DNA from: Ophelia neglecta
Lineage: Eukaryota
Direction: 5' to 3'
Length of the DNA stretch: 64,000 bases
NCBI GenBank assembly: GCA_965285935.1
Contig: OZ260661.1
Location: 53,010,001 to 53,074,000 of the forward strand
Position numbers and translations under genes: made by a program. Under the pieces are notes generated by a model. It was not told the DNA's origin and made no database searches. It was given only the letters and a program-made list of their open reading frames with translations. Below, in pieces: positions 13,091 to 26,900 of this stretch (position 1 is its first letter; each line of letters opens with the position of its first letter).

Positions 13091-13605
13091 CGCGAGTACG
13101 GAGGTATATGGTACCGACAAAAAGCGCTACTCGAGAGAACTAGCCATCAGATTGATCCCAGTCCTAGTCGGCGCGAGGATACTGCCAAACTCTCCATCTG
13201 GGCCGGGATTTAATGACAGGCGGTCATTTCAAAACGACAACCCATTCAAACATTGCGAGTCGGGATTGGATCAGGCTTAGTCCGCTACCACCGATCCGTG
13301 TTTATGCTCGGAAACTTTAAACAGTCTATCCATGTGCTCGGCTTTCGCGTGCCTAGTGGATCTCAGGGCTCGTCTTCAAACTTCTCGACATAGTGCCTAG
13401 GTTGCCGAGGTTGGTCCCATAAAAGCACAGGCCCATGGAATAGTGATATCATTAGCTGTATAATAGACGCCGAGTGGTAGCCATCCGCCCTGTTTGGGAG
13501 TTGTAGTGTAGGATCTACTGTCTGTACACCAGGAACAGCCCAAAGGAGACATTTACAACCAGCGCTACACCATTCAGCCTTAAATCTTGCACACAAAGCC
13601 TTTAC

Positions 13606-13736
13606 ATGTTTGGGATACAAGACGGTCTCCCGACACGGGGAGCTGTGACCAATCTAAAAGAGGAGCCAATTTCTAGTCAGCTGGGAACCGTGAGGAACTG
13701 GATGCAGCCTTCGGTGGTAGACCAAGGGAGTGGGAG
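13606..13736 (+). CDS. coe: COE/Collier/EBF transcription factor, coding exon 1 (MFGIQDGLPTRGAVTNLKEEPISSQLGTVRNWMQPSVVDQGSG+AG)
   Basis: ATG at 13606, with an in-frame upstream TAG at 13504. The MFGIQ...KEEP...WMQ N-terminus is typical of EBF/COE proteins. The exon ends AG|GTGAGT in phase 2, which joins exon 2 in frame (AG+T = Ser). Confidence 0.93.
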
Positions 13737-13974
13737 GTGAGTACCGCCGGGCCCTCAGCCCCATCCCCAGTGACCCCCGGAACACGACACCCGGCCCCGG
13801 AGTGTCGTCTCCGCAGATTACACCTAACCCTATTTGTCGATTTACGCCTGCCGCCTCCGAAATGGCTTTTATCCTTCCCCTGTCACCGGCCTAAAGGCCA
13901 GCACAGGGCCATGGCTTCGACAGAGGTTTTTAAAAGCTTGTTGCCAGACATTGGGGAAATGTTCGTATTTATAA

Positions 13975-14196
<222 letters not shown>

Positions 14197-15269
14197 TAGT
14201 TTAGTTCTGATTAGTAACATTATATATAGTTCTATTATTGATTGCCATTCAGTTACATTAAATATTCTTCTGGTGGTGTCCAGTTTTACCTGACCATAGG
14301 CCTTTATATATTTGTCTGTATAATTACCATACCCTTGATAGCTTGTTTGTAGAATCCCAAAGAATTTGTACCCATTTTGTGTCCTATAGTTTTGTGCATT
14401 CATGCATCCTGTATATATGATTCAATAATTAATGTACATAATGAACATTGTATCTTATATTCTTCCACGTGGGCCCTTCCGTATGATTTTCTCTCGGCTC
14501 TGGGAGTCGGAACTACATTTATTCATTTTATCAGATTCCAACACAATACACATAGAGTCCCGGATAGGGACATTGTTTTTGTGCTGCATACGACTTGTCT
14601 GTGCATGATGAACTAGACTAGAGTACTTAATAGTTCAACAGCTCGGATACTGGAGAGCTGGGAATTCATAACGTGGTTAGAGAGAGAATCCAAGTTCTTA
14701 TGCCGCATTGCTGCGTTTTCTTTGGGGCCAAGGGAACTTGGGTCTGATCGAAAGCTTAAACCCTCTACTGAGTGGGAAACTATTTTTCCAAATGGCAGCA
14801 GCGCGTCAGAGTTTTATTTCTTGTGCAATGGGGATGAACAGTTATTTGGCCTTTCAAGTTATGAGCTTTCCCCAGCTGAAACGCCAGAGAACTGGCCAAT
14901 TATGGCCACCGTCTCATCGCAGTAATATCACCTGTAGCTGTAAGACTGCCGTTTAAGCCTCTGCTACGGAATTACGGGGATATTTATATCTTTAATGCAG
15001 CTCTCATGTTTTCTGTCCAAGATTGCCTCAGGTGAAATCTACATACTTGCTTGGCTAAAGGACACTTTTACCATTTTTCAAAGAGAAGATTTTGGAGCTT
15101 TCATGTATAAAGGAAAAAATATAAGGGAGCACCAAAGCACGTGACTTTGAGATTGTGTAGTCGGAATGAATACCAAAAAACATCCTCGAGGAAGCCTAAA
15201 ATTGACCAGACGTTCTGTACTTAGTTTCTGTGCCGTTTTTACTGTTCTCTATATATTTCTTGTTTGTAG

Positions 15270-15330
15270 GAAGTAGAACCAAAGACGAACAATGGGATAC
15301 ATTACAGACTCCAGCTTCTATACTCAAATG
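15270..15330 (+). CDS. coe: COE exon 3 (EVEPKTNNGIHYRLQLLYSN+G)
   Basis: Acceptor ttcttgtttgtAG and donor GTAAGT at 15331. KTNNGIHYRLQLLYSNG is a conserved COE motif. Phases 0/1 are consistent with the neighbouring exons. Confidence 0.97.
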
Positions 15331-17791
15331 GTAAGTCAACAGTCACTTCTCTCGGCTATTTGAAGTTAAATATTAGCACACAATATAATATTGTTGAACC
15401 TATCGACAGCCTTAACAATACGGAAGCTATATATTATTAAGAACTGAATAGCAATAGCTGGAATAAATGAATATCCAGTTATAGTATATTCAATCCTCAA
15501 CCTGGTGTTTTTTGGTGTTGGAATATTATTGTTTGCGGCGTTCGCTGTAGTTTCTCTCGGCTCAAAATTCTAGGGACTTTGTTGTCCGTCTCTTGGTCAA
15601 ACGCCATGTTGCGCCGGTGTCTTAATCTTCATATTCCCTTCTAAGTACTTAAACGGGTGACAGGCGAACAAACGAACAATGAGATGGCTGGGTAAGCCGC
15701 CCAGTATTGCAACCTGCTAGGGTTCTTTAACTCCATCAGAGACAATCCGATTTAGACGAATATTGCCTTTAATGCTCTTGACTCTGTTCTGAACACTCGG
15801 TCTTCTCAATGGGTTCTTGTCTCTCGAGTACCTTGTATTTGTTCAGTGTTACAAATCGCAGGCTAGCAGACTCGACGGTTTGCAGCTAGTATTGGTATTT
15901 TTCTGCCACTGCCCTGGCACACAAATAGTGGTGAAGCTAGCTGTCCCAATATGGCAGCTCGGAGATGGAGAGGCTTATGAAAATCTAATCAAACGGCTAG
16001 AGTAATAGATAGTCCTTGTGATAATATGATCCGAAGCACGATTGATTGGGCAAGTGGCTCGTCTTAATTCTGTTGAAATTGGTCGATCAGATATCGTGGT
16101 CTGTCATGGCGTAGCCGATGTAAGGCTTTCGCCATGGCGGCCCTGCAGTGTTTTCATTGACACTCAAGTCGAGATTGAGAACTCCAAATAATTACTGGTG
16201 ACGCAAGGAAATGTAAACTCGCCGTAATAATATAGAGTTGGTGAACAACAGCGAAGTGTCAATGTTCCATTTGTCCACCATTGCTGTTTCCTTGTTGGCC
16301 AATTGCTTTGCTTGCCACTTCCTATTTACATTTCACCATTCATGCCGACATCTTTAACTTAATGGTGGTGGTTTTAGTCGGCTTGGTATGTAAGTTTATT
16401 TAAATGAGAGCCTGCACCTATTTATGGGGCCTATAAAACCAGGCGATAGTGTCAATAATACACATCGCCGGTGACAGAAGCGGGGGACTGTGACCTTTGT
16501 TTTGATGCTCATACAACACGACCTGATGACAAATTCACTGTCATGAAATATTCACCACCTTTACATCCATATAGATGGCTGCAGCGGCTAGCTGCCTTTC
16601 TAAATCCTACCACTTTCCGCTCGTCTTGTTCTGCGAGAAAGGCCGACTGACTAGCCCAGCAGAGAAGGGGCCAGACTGGGATAAGGCGGCTGCCACAAAC
16701 AATATAAACTGCCAATTAATGAATCCCCGGCTAGGGCAAATCCCCAGTATTTTCGTCTGATCCCTTGGCCAGAGAGCGGCTCTGTTATTTCGCCCTTTTG
16801 CCATCTGGCCCTATTGGCCCGTGTCTATTGTAATACTCAATTGATGTATCGCCCAACTCGATCACCCGGCTCTCTCTCCGGCAATTTGCTAAATGTTCCG
16901 CGACCTATTCTGTCCACATCGGTCAGCTGTGCCTGTAATGAGCGATAGTTTCGGGTAATTCGGCCCGGGCTATAGGCTTTCTTCCTCCGATATTGCGGCT
17001 CCATCTCTTTGTAGCTACTAGCGAATCCCATCAACATCACATCCCGCCCGCCATTCATTCATGGCAACATTGCTCTGACATGGCACGATGTTCAGCTGAA
17101 CGAGCCATTGGAATCACAATCAGGCTCTTTAAGCATGTGTTACACAAAACAAAAGCCCAGTGTATATATTGCCTCTCCTGTCAGTGTAAATAGTCTAGCA
17201 CAACCGGAGAAATTCTGGTAATTTATACCACAATGGTTTATTCTCAATGTACCTAGTCTGTGTAAATTGTTTCCCTTAAATAACGCGTAATTGCCAATAT
17301 TTATATTTCGTATCACAGCGTAGGCTATTTTACGTACATTTTTGCGTACTATTTACTATATTTTTAATCGATGAGTCTTAATCTTAGTTTTATTCTGTTT
17401 GATGAAATATTAATCCGGTTAATGTCATTTTCTTGTTAACGCACAACAACAATCCCTGATACATCAGGAAAGATCGATTTCAGTGCGGGGGCAATAGATG
17501 AACTGTACCGGTGTACCGATTACTCATTGAGCTACCCGTGTTGGCTGGTGGCAATCAGCCCTCCCCGTCCTGTACGCTCTACAACACTTCTCCCCTCGCA
17601 TCGCAAAACTGTCTAAACTCGTATCTTCAGAGATTAAATACCACGTCGGCCGTTTTTCTGGGTGGGATTTTGCATGCATGTTGTGGGCTAAGAACAGACA
17701 GTCGCCTTCAATTGACAATGTGATGTGTCCTGTTTTGCGTGCCAGGTTAATAATTGTTGACTGACCATGTAAATGTCTTGTCTTCTTGCAG

Positions 17792-17847
17792 GCGTTCGAC
17801 AGGAGCAGGACCTATATATCAGGCTCATTGACTCGGTCACAAAGCAG
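17792..17847 (+). CDS. coe: COE exon 4 (GVRQEQDLYIRLIDSVTKQ)
   Basis: Acceptor tcttcttgcAG and donor GTGAGT at 17848. 56 nt, phases 1/0, with the conserved RxEQDxYxRLIDSxTKQ motif. Confidence 0.97.
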
Positions 17848-20685
17848 GTGAGTGTCCGTCTTCATGTCCATTGTCCGAGCGCCTTGTGAGAAGCGTGTCG
17901 TCTCGGCCTGTAATAGACGTCTACAAGCCCTGTATTTTAGCCCACTGTAAAGGCTGTGTTTAGCCACACCATCACCCGGCACTTACAAACGCCACCCTAC
18001 AATTTGGTCCCATCGTCAGCGAAAGTCATCCATTTTCTTTCTGCTCTCGTTCGGCTGGTTCGGTGAAATATTCGGGCAGAAAATTAACTCCGATGAAAAT
18101 TAGCGGTAGCAGTGTTGAAAAGAAACTAGCCGCCAGATGGGTGACGGTAAGCACCGCCTAAATTAAGCGATATTGAAGGGAACATTCTAGGTTAATTTGT
18201 GGCTAACAAAAGGCAATGATTTGCTACAAGACTTGGGCCTTGCCATGCGTTACTTTTACCAGTATCCATTCTCCAGTATATGGCGATAATATGCCGGCGA
18301 GAGGCGTACAAACTCGGCAGTCGGCCGGCGTATATTGGCCTGTTAATACTTCGCTACTAAATCATAACGCTTGTCACATTCATTAACTGACTATTGCCGC
18401 GGCAAGCCGAGCCGAAATAATATTTTCCTTCGTTGTGCCCTAATCAAAATGTTCTCAAATGACCTGATAAAATTCGCACCGACTGGTGACCCAGTTCGTG
18501 GCAGCTTCATCAGAGGAGTTGGCCCGGGATGGCGAGGCATTTATCAGGAATTCATTGGGTTTAGGCGGGAGATATAACTTGGCTTTATGACTATGTCTTT
18601 CTCGCTCGCCCAGCCGACACCGACGTGAATTCTTCGTAAGATGAGAGGCACAGTAACGAGAAAACAAAATTGTTTATACATGAAGTAATGGTATCGCTGT
18701 GTCGGGAAGTGGCAGCCGACTCCCTGGAGACCGCGCCGAGATATTTGACTGCTCGGATATGGTAGGGTCCGAATTTATTCCCTGCAGACGCGCACCCCGC
18801 CTGCACCAGACCTGGCCCTGGCCAGTTATTTCATCCTATATGAAGACCAATTTGACAGTGGTCGTATGCAAACTCGATAATAAAACCGGCGAGTCGAGTA
18901 AGATTTATTCGATAGAGATATCATTCTTTCTATTTTCCATTCTGCACTTGGTGATAAAATTCAAGTGGATGTTTTGCTGGCTGGCAGTTTGAGGAGAATA
19001 TTTTTCATTACTTTATGAAATGATGTCTGCAATCTAACTTTCTATTAAGGCTTTCTCCCGTTTTTTAGAAGCACTAAGGCATTGCATACCATAACAAAAA
19101 ATATTTCATAGAGATTTTGGGCATATTTTGATGTGGTAAATATAAAACTGCGTGTATCTGGGTGTTACTTCTCCACCTGTTGTTAATGTCAGTGAACAGG
19201 TGCCATGTACTTCATTACCAGTTTTCTAATCTACTCGAAAAGTGATTTGTAACAATTTGCCTTGCAATTGCACGGGCGTGCAGGCCAAGTGCTTTGCAAT
19301 GAAATCGTGCTTTTTAAACATTTAGTGGATTTTAATGAGTGGAACCCTGACGTCTGTCTACAGTAGAGGCCATATTACTGTTCTCATTTCTTCGACACCA
19401 GTAAAAACAAACTTCGAAATTAAGCCACTTTTGGGCATGATGGCCATTACAAAATTGGAAATATCATTGTGTAGCCCGCGGCTTTATTTCATTATCTATC
19501 TTGCCACACCAGATGCTCGGTTTGAGGGAAACTTGTCTGATATTTTCTCCGCGTGATGCCGTCTGTTTCAATTAAAACTTGGGCCAATTATCACATTTAG
19601 TTCTGCATGATGCCTGGTTAGGCCCGAAATTATAGATTGCGCAAATAACCATACCTATAGTTTAACCAGGTCTCCCCATAAGCCAATTTAGTGGGCAAAT
19701 ATTTGGAGGGTAATCGCCCTGATCACTGACGTAGTTTGTTTATCTTCAAATTATCTTTCTCTGATCAACCTGACTGCGTTCTAAGATGAGGCCCGTCAAA
19801 CACATTCACGGTGTACGGTATTAGTATAGTACGAGTGTAAACTAAAGTCTGATTGAACGGAAGCGGTTAATTGTCAACTTCTATCATAAATCATCTGCCG
19901 GCACTTCGATTCGGCTAATTATTGAATTATCGGTGTGTTTATTTGGTTTTCTTACAGAACAACGTTGCGGCCGATTTTTAAATTGTGGGTGGGCCTGGGA
20001 GTTGTTTCCCGGGGAGATGGTGCTGGTCTCCCGGGGAGAGAGTGGCTTGTCACCGGCGTGTCACTGCTCTCCTCGCCCTTCTCAATGACCGAGACACTCT
20101 CCCCACTGCAATCCTACTCCAGTCTGGCATGTGGCCCTATTGTAGTCCCACGGCTTCCCTGCTGGGTCCCCCTCTAAAGGCATTGTTGCCAATTTATTAA
20201 ACATCTCAACGTGCACTTGATAGGGCACCTGTGCCCGAAAAATTGCATTTAATTTAGTATTGTTTTTGTTTATGTTTGGAAGCCGATTGACTTTGCTTAG
20301 CCAGATTATCCATCACACTTGGCTAACAGTAGCAAAGCTTTGGGATTTATATTAATGTGTTTGTATCCAAATCAATGACTCCGTGGGAAAAATATACAGA
20401 TTATAATTAGGCTCTATGTGCAGATTGAATTGAAATTTACACAATGATTTATAAGTATTTCATGCACGTGTGATATCCTGTGGCGTAAAGAATTGTTAGG
20501 GTGTCATCTAGACTATAGATTATACAAGTGTATATAGTCTTTCTGTTTTGAATAGGTCTGGCTAATCGAATGTTTGCCAGGTAAAATAAAAAAATATGCC
20601 TTAAAAATGATTGGTATTTGAAAATGTTATAAGAATGCTTATGAGAACAGCCATAGTTAGCATTGATTTATTTTTTTTATTGTAG

Positions 20686-20759
20686 GCAATCGTTTACGAG
20701 GGCCAAGACAAAAATCCAGAAATGTGCAGAGTACTGCTCACACACGAGATCATGTGCAG
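20686..20759 (+). CDS. coe: COE exon 5 (AIVYEGQDKNPEMCRVLLTHEIMC+AG)
   Basis: Acceptor ttttttattgtAG and donor GTAAAT at 20760. 74 nt. Encodes YEGQDKNPEMCRVLLTHE and the first half of the zinc knuckle. Confidence 0.98.
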
Positions 20760-20917
20760 GTAAATAATTTCATATCAAAACAATCATCGATGACAAGTGT
20801 ACTCTGTTATCAAATGTACGATCTCATATTTAGTAACTAGAAAGTCACAGACTCAGACTAATTACCATTCTTCTTTTAGAATAAATTCTGATATTAATTC
20901 ACATCGTTGCTTTCCAG

Positions 20918-20986
20918 TCGATGCTGTGATAAAAAGAGTTGCGGCAATCGAAACGAGACCCCCTCAGATCCCGTTATCATCGACAG
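20918..20986 (+). CDS. coe: COE exon 6 ([23 protein letters not shown]+AG), completes the H-x3-C-x2-C-x5-C zinc knuckle
   Basis: Acceptor gttgctttccAG and donor GTAAGC at 20987. 69 nt, phases 2/2. Matches the COE signature [21 protein letters not shown]. Confidence 0.98.
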
Positions 20987-23900
20987 GTAAGCCGGTATTT
21001 CTTACACCCCCCCCCCTCAACCATCCCCTACCCTGCCCCAAACTTCCATTGTCTTATCATATGTTTGCCTTTATTTTCTTGGCATGTTGTTTATGTCGGT
21101 GCGGGAACAGATCGGACTTAAATTTACCACGTTTAAATGTTTCATGTCTTTAATGTTTGCCTCTGTTATGTGTAACTGAGATTCCGGTTCAGATACAAGT
21201 TTAACACTTCGACGATCAGGTACGTTTATATGTAAGTTAATAACGAACTGTAGTGGTTTGGGTTGAGTCATCCCCTGTCGTGACCCCATGCAGCCCAGCC
21301 CCGGGCCGGACAATGTAGTCGGACTCCATACATTCAGACCCAGGTCCTCTAGGAGTCAGCGTGTCATATTCCCATTTCTTGTCCCTGTGGTCCGACTCCG
21401 ATCATTCGGTGACCCACGGGGTCGTAATACCAGCCCTCCGTCCTTGAGTCAACCATTACGTCTAGAATCTGCCCCTTGTTATGGCATCAGACCCTGCTCT
21501 ATGAGTCAGTCTCCGGTCGGACGTTCAGTCCTTAGTCATTTGAGAAGTCCCCCTCCCCCACCCTAAGTCCGGTCCCTGCCCAAAGAGTCTTGGAAGCTTT
21601 TCTGCCTTCGTGAATAGGGTCCTAAGGTATACCTTGCCCATCAAGTAGCCCCTGGCGGAGTCGACGCCTATTGGGAGAGCTGTGTGCCTTGGCATTAGGC
21701 ATATAGAGCAAGATGATGGAGCCATGTCCTCTGCTAATGGTCCTGAAGTCAGTTGAAACAGCCACGTGCTCTGTCCATGCCACTATAGAGTCAGCTGAGA
21801 GAGCTTGGCATATATCCCAGCCCTTGGTTCTCCTGACACACAACTTCTGGACGAGTCCAATCAAGGCAGGATTGCTCCTTATTTTGAGTTCGGCTCTAAT
21901 ATCAGCATGTCACGCGGAGGTTTCGGCCTCCTTGCCTGCACGCCCGTGTTCCACCGTCTTTACATTAGCTGGCAAGTGTATATAGGGTTGTCAAGGTAAT
22001 TGACAGTCAGAGAGGCAGTACCATTTCGCTGGACGATAATTGGTAGTTGAGCCAATCTAAAATTAGTAAGATCAAATAACACACCGCTATATCTCCTAGC
22101 GAAGGAGCTTAGAGATTATTGGAGGGGTCTATATTTCTGCGATTGAACCGGTCGACTGTTTAGTGGTATTTTCTTGATATAAGACCCCCCCCCCCCCTCC
22201 CCCAGCCACCCACCCCACATACACATATCTCCTCATATAACTTCATTCCATTTGAGAAGGTGTGCCCGAATGATATCTAACGCCTCATTCTTCTTGCTCC
22301 CAACAAGTCTTGAACGCTCGTGGCCGATCTAAAATTGCCATGGGCGTCAAGAAATGACAACTGTAACCAAACTGGTTAATTCAGCTGAGAGAGAAAATTA
22401 TCCAATTCGGTCATTGTGCAATATTACAATGATATCGTCTGCTGCAGTCGTCGACTTTTTCCAGCCCTTGCTCCCCCTGACAATGAACGCAAACGACAGG
22501 GCACAGAAGATATCGAGGCATGCATGGGAGGAAACGGCCATGAAAAATGAGTTGCCTTTACAGAGCCTCTGAAGCATTTGATTCAATTGAGTCTAAGTGA
22601 AGTAGCCATGTCGCAGACAAGAAGGCCAAATATATTGTCTGCTAAAGCATTGAGGAGGAAGCATCATTCACGGGAGTGACCACACAGAAAATGGCGATTA
22701 ACCCCTGCCGACCCTGGCGGTGTAGCCGCCCTGTTATTTATTCGGTTTAGCTAATCAGTTCTTGCCCTGTCGAGTTGCCGCCCTGCTCCGAGGGTCTGCT
22801 GTGACGTGTCGGGAGGCCCCTGAGTCGGGTCTCTACTATCTACTCTGATATAGCAAGCCTCTTGTGAGGTATTGGGTGTTAGAGCCAGCTCTCTCATCGA
22901 TGATCTCTGTCCTCCTGACAGCTGGTGTCCCGCCACCCGAGAACTTCCCCCAAATGTGTACTTTATTCATTACCCGATGCGGTTTCTGTTTCATCAGCAT
23001 TTTGCTCGGGACCCTGTTGGGATTCCATTGTTATTCAAAGAGCCCCGCGGGTCGCTGTAATAGAAAAGACCAGCTAGAAATGGGTTTGCGAAAGCCATTG
23101 TAGTGATTGAGAGAGGGGATTTCTGGACCTCTGGCAAAAGCTGCAATTCGTCCCCGTGGACACACGCAACCCAACTTGTGGATTTGTCGCATTATAGCGG
23201 TGTGTAAAATAGCACAAATTGGATCAGCGACAGTGCCAACCTTGTCGCGTGCCCCCCGCCTGATGGTGCCCTGAAGAATTTAGCCTCCAAGGCCTGCTGC
23301 TGTGGGCCATCAAGTCGACAGTGGCTTCTACCTCCATTTATTCCGGCCATTCCATCTTATTTGGCCGAGGCGGACAACAGTTTGAATCCACATCAAGCTT
23401 GTGTCTAATTACCGAGGGCTTTGCGCCAGCAGGAGCAAGTCAATATCATGTAAAATTAAGATCGCCCTGCTCACGCCAATACGATAGACTGAAGTTCCGC
23501 GCCGCTCGGCCAGCTAATATTTTAGAATTATTCGAGTTTGACATCCCCACGCAAGCCACTAACAAGCGGGAGAACGATTCCGTCTGTTTCCGGCATTTCC
23601 TGTTTGGGGAAAAGAGCCGATCATCGTTTTCCAATTCTCACAAGTAATTACGTATTGAGGCAGGGTGGAATTTTCAATTTGTCTTCCTTCCATTCTGTAT
23701 TTTTGGTGTTTTGCTCACGGCACTGCTCAGATCTAGTCTTGTTGTTCATAGCTTTGTTATATTGGCCAGAACCATAGCTATTGGTACATTTACACGTTCC
23801 TTCTGATATTTCAGCCAGACACTCGGTTCGAGATCCGTGCAGATTGTCTTTGTAGCTCAAGTTTTGTTGTGCGTTATCCCAGCGCCGGACCACGTCACGC

Positions 23901-26900
23901 GATGACCCAATTTTCTAATTAAACAATCAGGCGAGACTCAATTATTATCAAATGCGTGCACTGTTTTGTCCTCTTCTCAAATGACAATACTTCGAAACGC
24001 GCTGCCAGAGAAAAGGAAAACATATTAATTCGCTTTTCTTGAATAGCTGAATGGTGGTAGTCGGAGTGTATACATGATGGAGCTGAAGATAAACATGTAG
24101 GCGGCAATAATAACAGAAGTGCCGTGGAAAAGTGGTGGATATTTCACTTTGGGCATGGGAGAGGGAGAGCATGAATTATTAATGAGTTGAGTGAATTATG
24201 ATTAGCTAAACATACCGAACGAAATGCAATCGGCAGATTCAATTCCCGGAGTTCATTTATCCGCCTTTTCCACACCTGTCGCTTTTATAAATGCGGACTA
24301 ATCGTGATGTAATATAATTGTACAATGGTAGCTCATTGACAAGACAATATTTCACTTTTTAATTATTGTCGTTTCTGCTGAATCAGTATAATCTTTCCAA
24401 ATTTGATTGTACGGTAGCGAACCAAAACCTGTAAAAAGATATGTACATATATATAAATATATATATATATTATATATGGCTGGTTTTTTTTGGGTCATGC
24501 GATGCCCCCCTGGGATACATTTAGAACATTTATAGACCTACATGTATACAGGCCTTTAACGAACAAGAATGTGAAGTGGTGCTTCTTATGATCATTTTAG
24601 AATTCCTAGCCTGATTTCTGGAGTTCAAACTGCAGTCTATGTCAGAATTGTTCCAGATAGTTCTGGCGCTATAGTGAATTACTTTCGCAGGACTTCATCT
24701 AAAATTGCTACTTTGCAAAACGCAAGAGCCACAGACGGCAATTTCTCGCAATGGCCCCTAGCCAAATATGTGGTTGATACATCCGGTAGATAAAGCAGAA
24801 ATGAATTTAGATTAGAAACAATCCACCAGAAGTGCACCACGCTACAATTTCCTGTTCCATATTGCTAGTTTGGCTTTAAGCTCGACATTGTAATAAACAC
24901 GTGGCAGGATTGATGCAAATCCGATATTTTCATAGCCGGTTCCCAAACTGTGAATTAAGAAAAATGATTGAAACTAAGACCTTGATGACACGTTGGATCA
25001 GAGTCTGTGCTCGAAGCGATGGGTATCGCGAGAGGCTAGGAGGTCGTCTGGCAATACCTTGGTGTGCAAATGGAGATGGGGAGAACAATGCCAAAAAATG
25101 TGATTGTGAAATGGAATGATGGTATAGATATTCCGAGGGGCCGTGACTGGGTCGGGGCTGGTAAATAAGTGCCTCGACAGCGTCGTTTTTGGGGGACGGG
25201 CGTGCTGTCAGGGCGAGTGTCTCGGGTAGACTCACTCCCAGAGTTGGTAAGGAGGTCACGAGCACTACGAGACTCTCGGGACGCTCGACGGTCACTTACG
25301 TTATAATGTCATAATATCATGGAATCATCAAGATGGCGCGTTACTCTATAAGGCCATGCGCCATGGGAATTTTTTCGTCATTTAATGATGCAATTGCTTT
25401 AAGACAATAAGAACCAAATTACATAAACATTATGATTATCAGCGAATCTTTAATTCTTCAATGGGCCGCTGTGGGCTTCGGGACGTGTCGGGTACAAGAA
25501 CTTGGAGAGCACTTGCCCAGGCTATAATTCGCTATTTGGCCTCAAACAAGAGCCGGGCTGAGACCGGGAATATTCCCGTTGGAAGTGTCGAGAGGTGTCC
25601 AAAAGAGCGCCAAATTTTCCGAGAAGGCGATATAATATGGCGAGGGGGACTGGTAACAGGGGAGATTACTGCGCCGGCAATGAGCACTATCATATTGTAC
25701 ACGTCCGCGCCACAGCTAATGTCTCCCTGCTCTCCTCGATAAAATTGTTATCATCGTCCAGAATCGGCCTCTTTTCTGGCCGATATGGCCCGATCGCCGA
25801 ACCAGGTATGCCTCAATATACCGCCGATAATGCCTAATGGAAAAAGACGACCGAGTAATAGAATTGGAGGCAATTTCCGACACTGGCCTATCTGAAGTTG
25901 CGATCTTAGCAGTGCGCTGTGCCGTCCATTCTGCCCCCCCCCCCCCCCCCCCCGTCAGTACACGTAAACAATCGAAAGAGGCCTCTCTCATGTACAAAAG
26001 AGCGCCTCCCCCCGTGTGACATTTGTCCTTCACTTTTTGCCCTTGTCTCGAGGTTCTTCAGATCGTTTGCCCCGACAAACGTTCAGACATAGCCATGCTC
26101 GCCTTTGTTTTCTACGGATCATCCTCAGTCATTTATCTCTAAGCCGACACCGCGCCATTAAGGCGGGCTGCACGAAGAAGACATTTGTGGCGGGGACTTA
26201 GTATATCTCTGTCTGAGAGCGTGTTTTGGAGGAGAGAGTCCGCTATCAGGGCTGAGAGCGGTCGATACGCCGCCCGAATGGAGCGGCTCGACTCGGGGAA
26301 ACCCATTGCTTTTATCAGGCCCGGCTTCCAGCTTTTATTGACAATTCCCGAAATTACCTTCTCGTATTTAGGTTTAATTGGGAGTAATTCTCAATTATGC
26401 GGGGTTTTCGGGTGGTCTGTCAATAGCCTCAGACGTGCTCCATTGTCTGATGGCTCGAAGGCAGACCTGCACAGATTTCCTGCAGCCAATCGCATAATCT
26501 CCTCTTGTCCATACTACCCTTTGGACGGACTCCAAACCCATGGGTTTGTCTAGCGTACCCAGCAGTTCTAAAAGTGCAGCTCAGGTCTTCTTAATTTACC
26601 TGTTCTGTCTCATCTGGTATACCCGTTCCTTCCCTCAGAGGAAACAGCCATTATAAGCAAAAGAGTGGTGGTCTCAAAACGAATATACCACTTCCGGTTT
26701 CATGCATTAGTCCATTACCTCCTAAAAGAAATCCATACATTTTTCTCTGTTTTTAAGAATTGGTCGCTAAACGACTTTCATTGGAATGAAATCACAATTT
26801 GTCTGAGATAAGTAACATCAAGGATGTGACAATCCTCATGTAAAAGACTCTGGCGTTATTAACTTCCTGCATTAGCTGGCTATTATCCGAGGTCGCTCGC

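Noticed and set aside
14722-14925. Protein-like ORF in intron 2 (possible cassette exon)
   Set aside because: No similarity to COE that I can recognise, and exons 2 and 3 join cleanly into the conserved domain.
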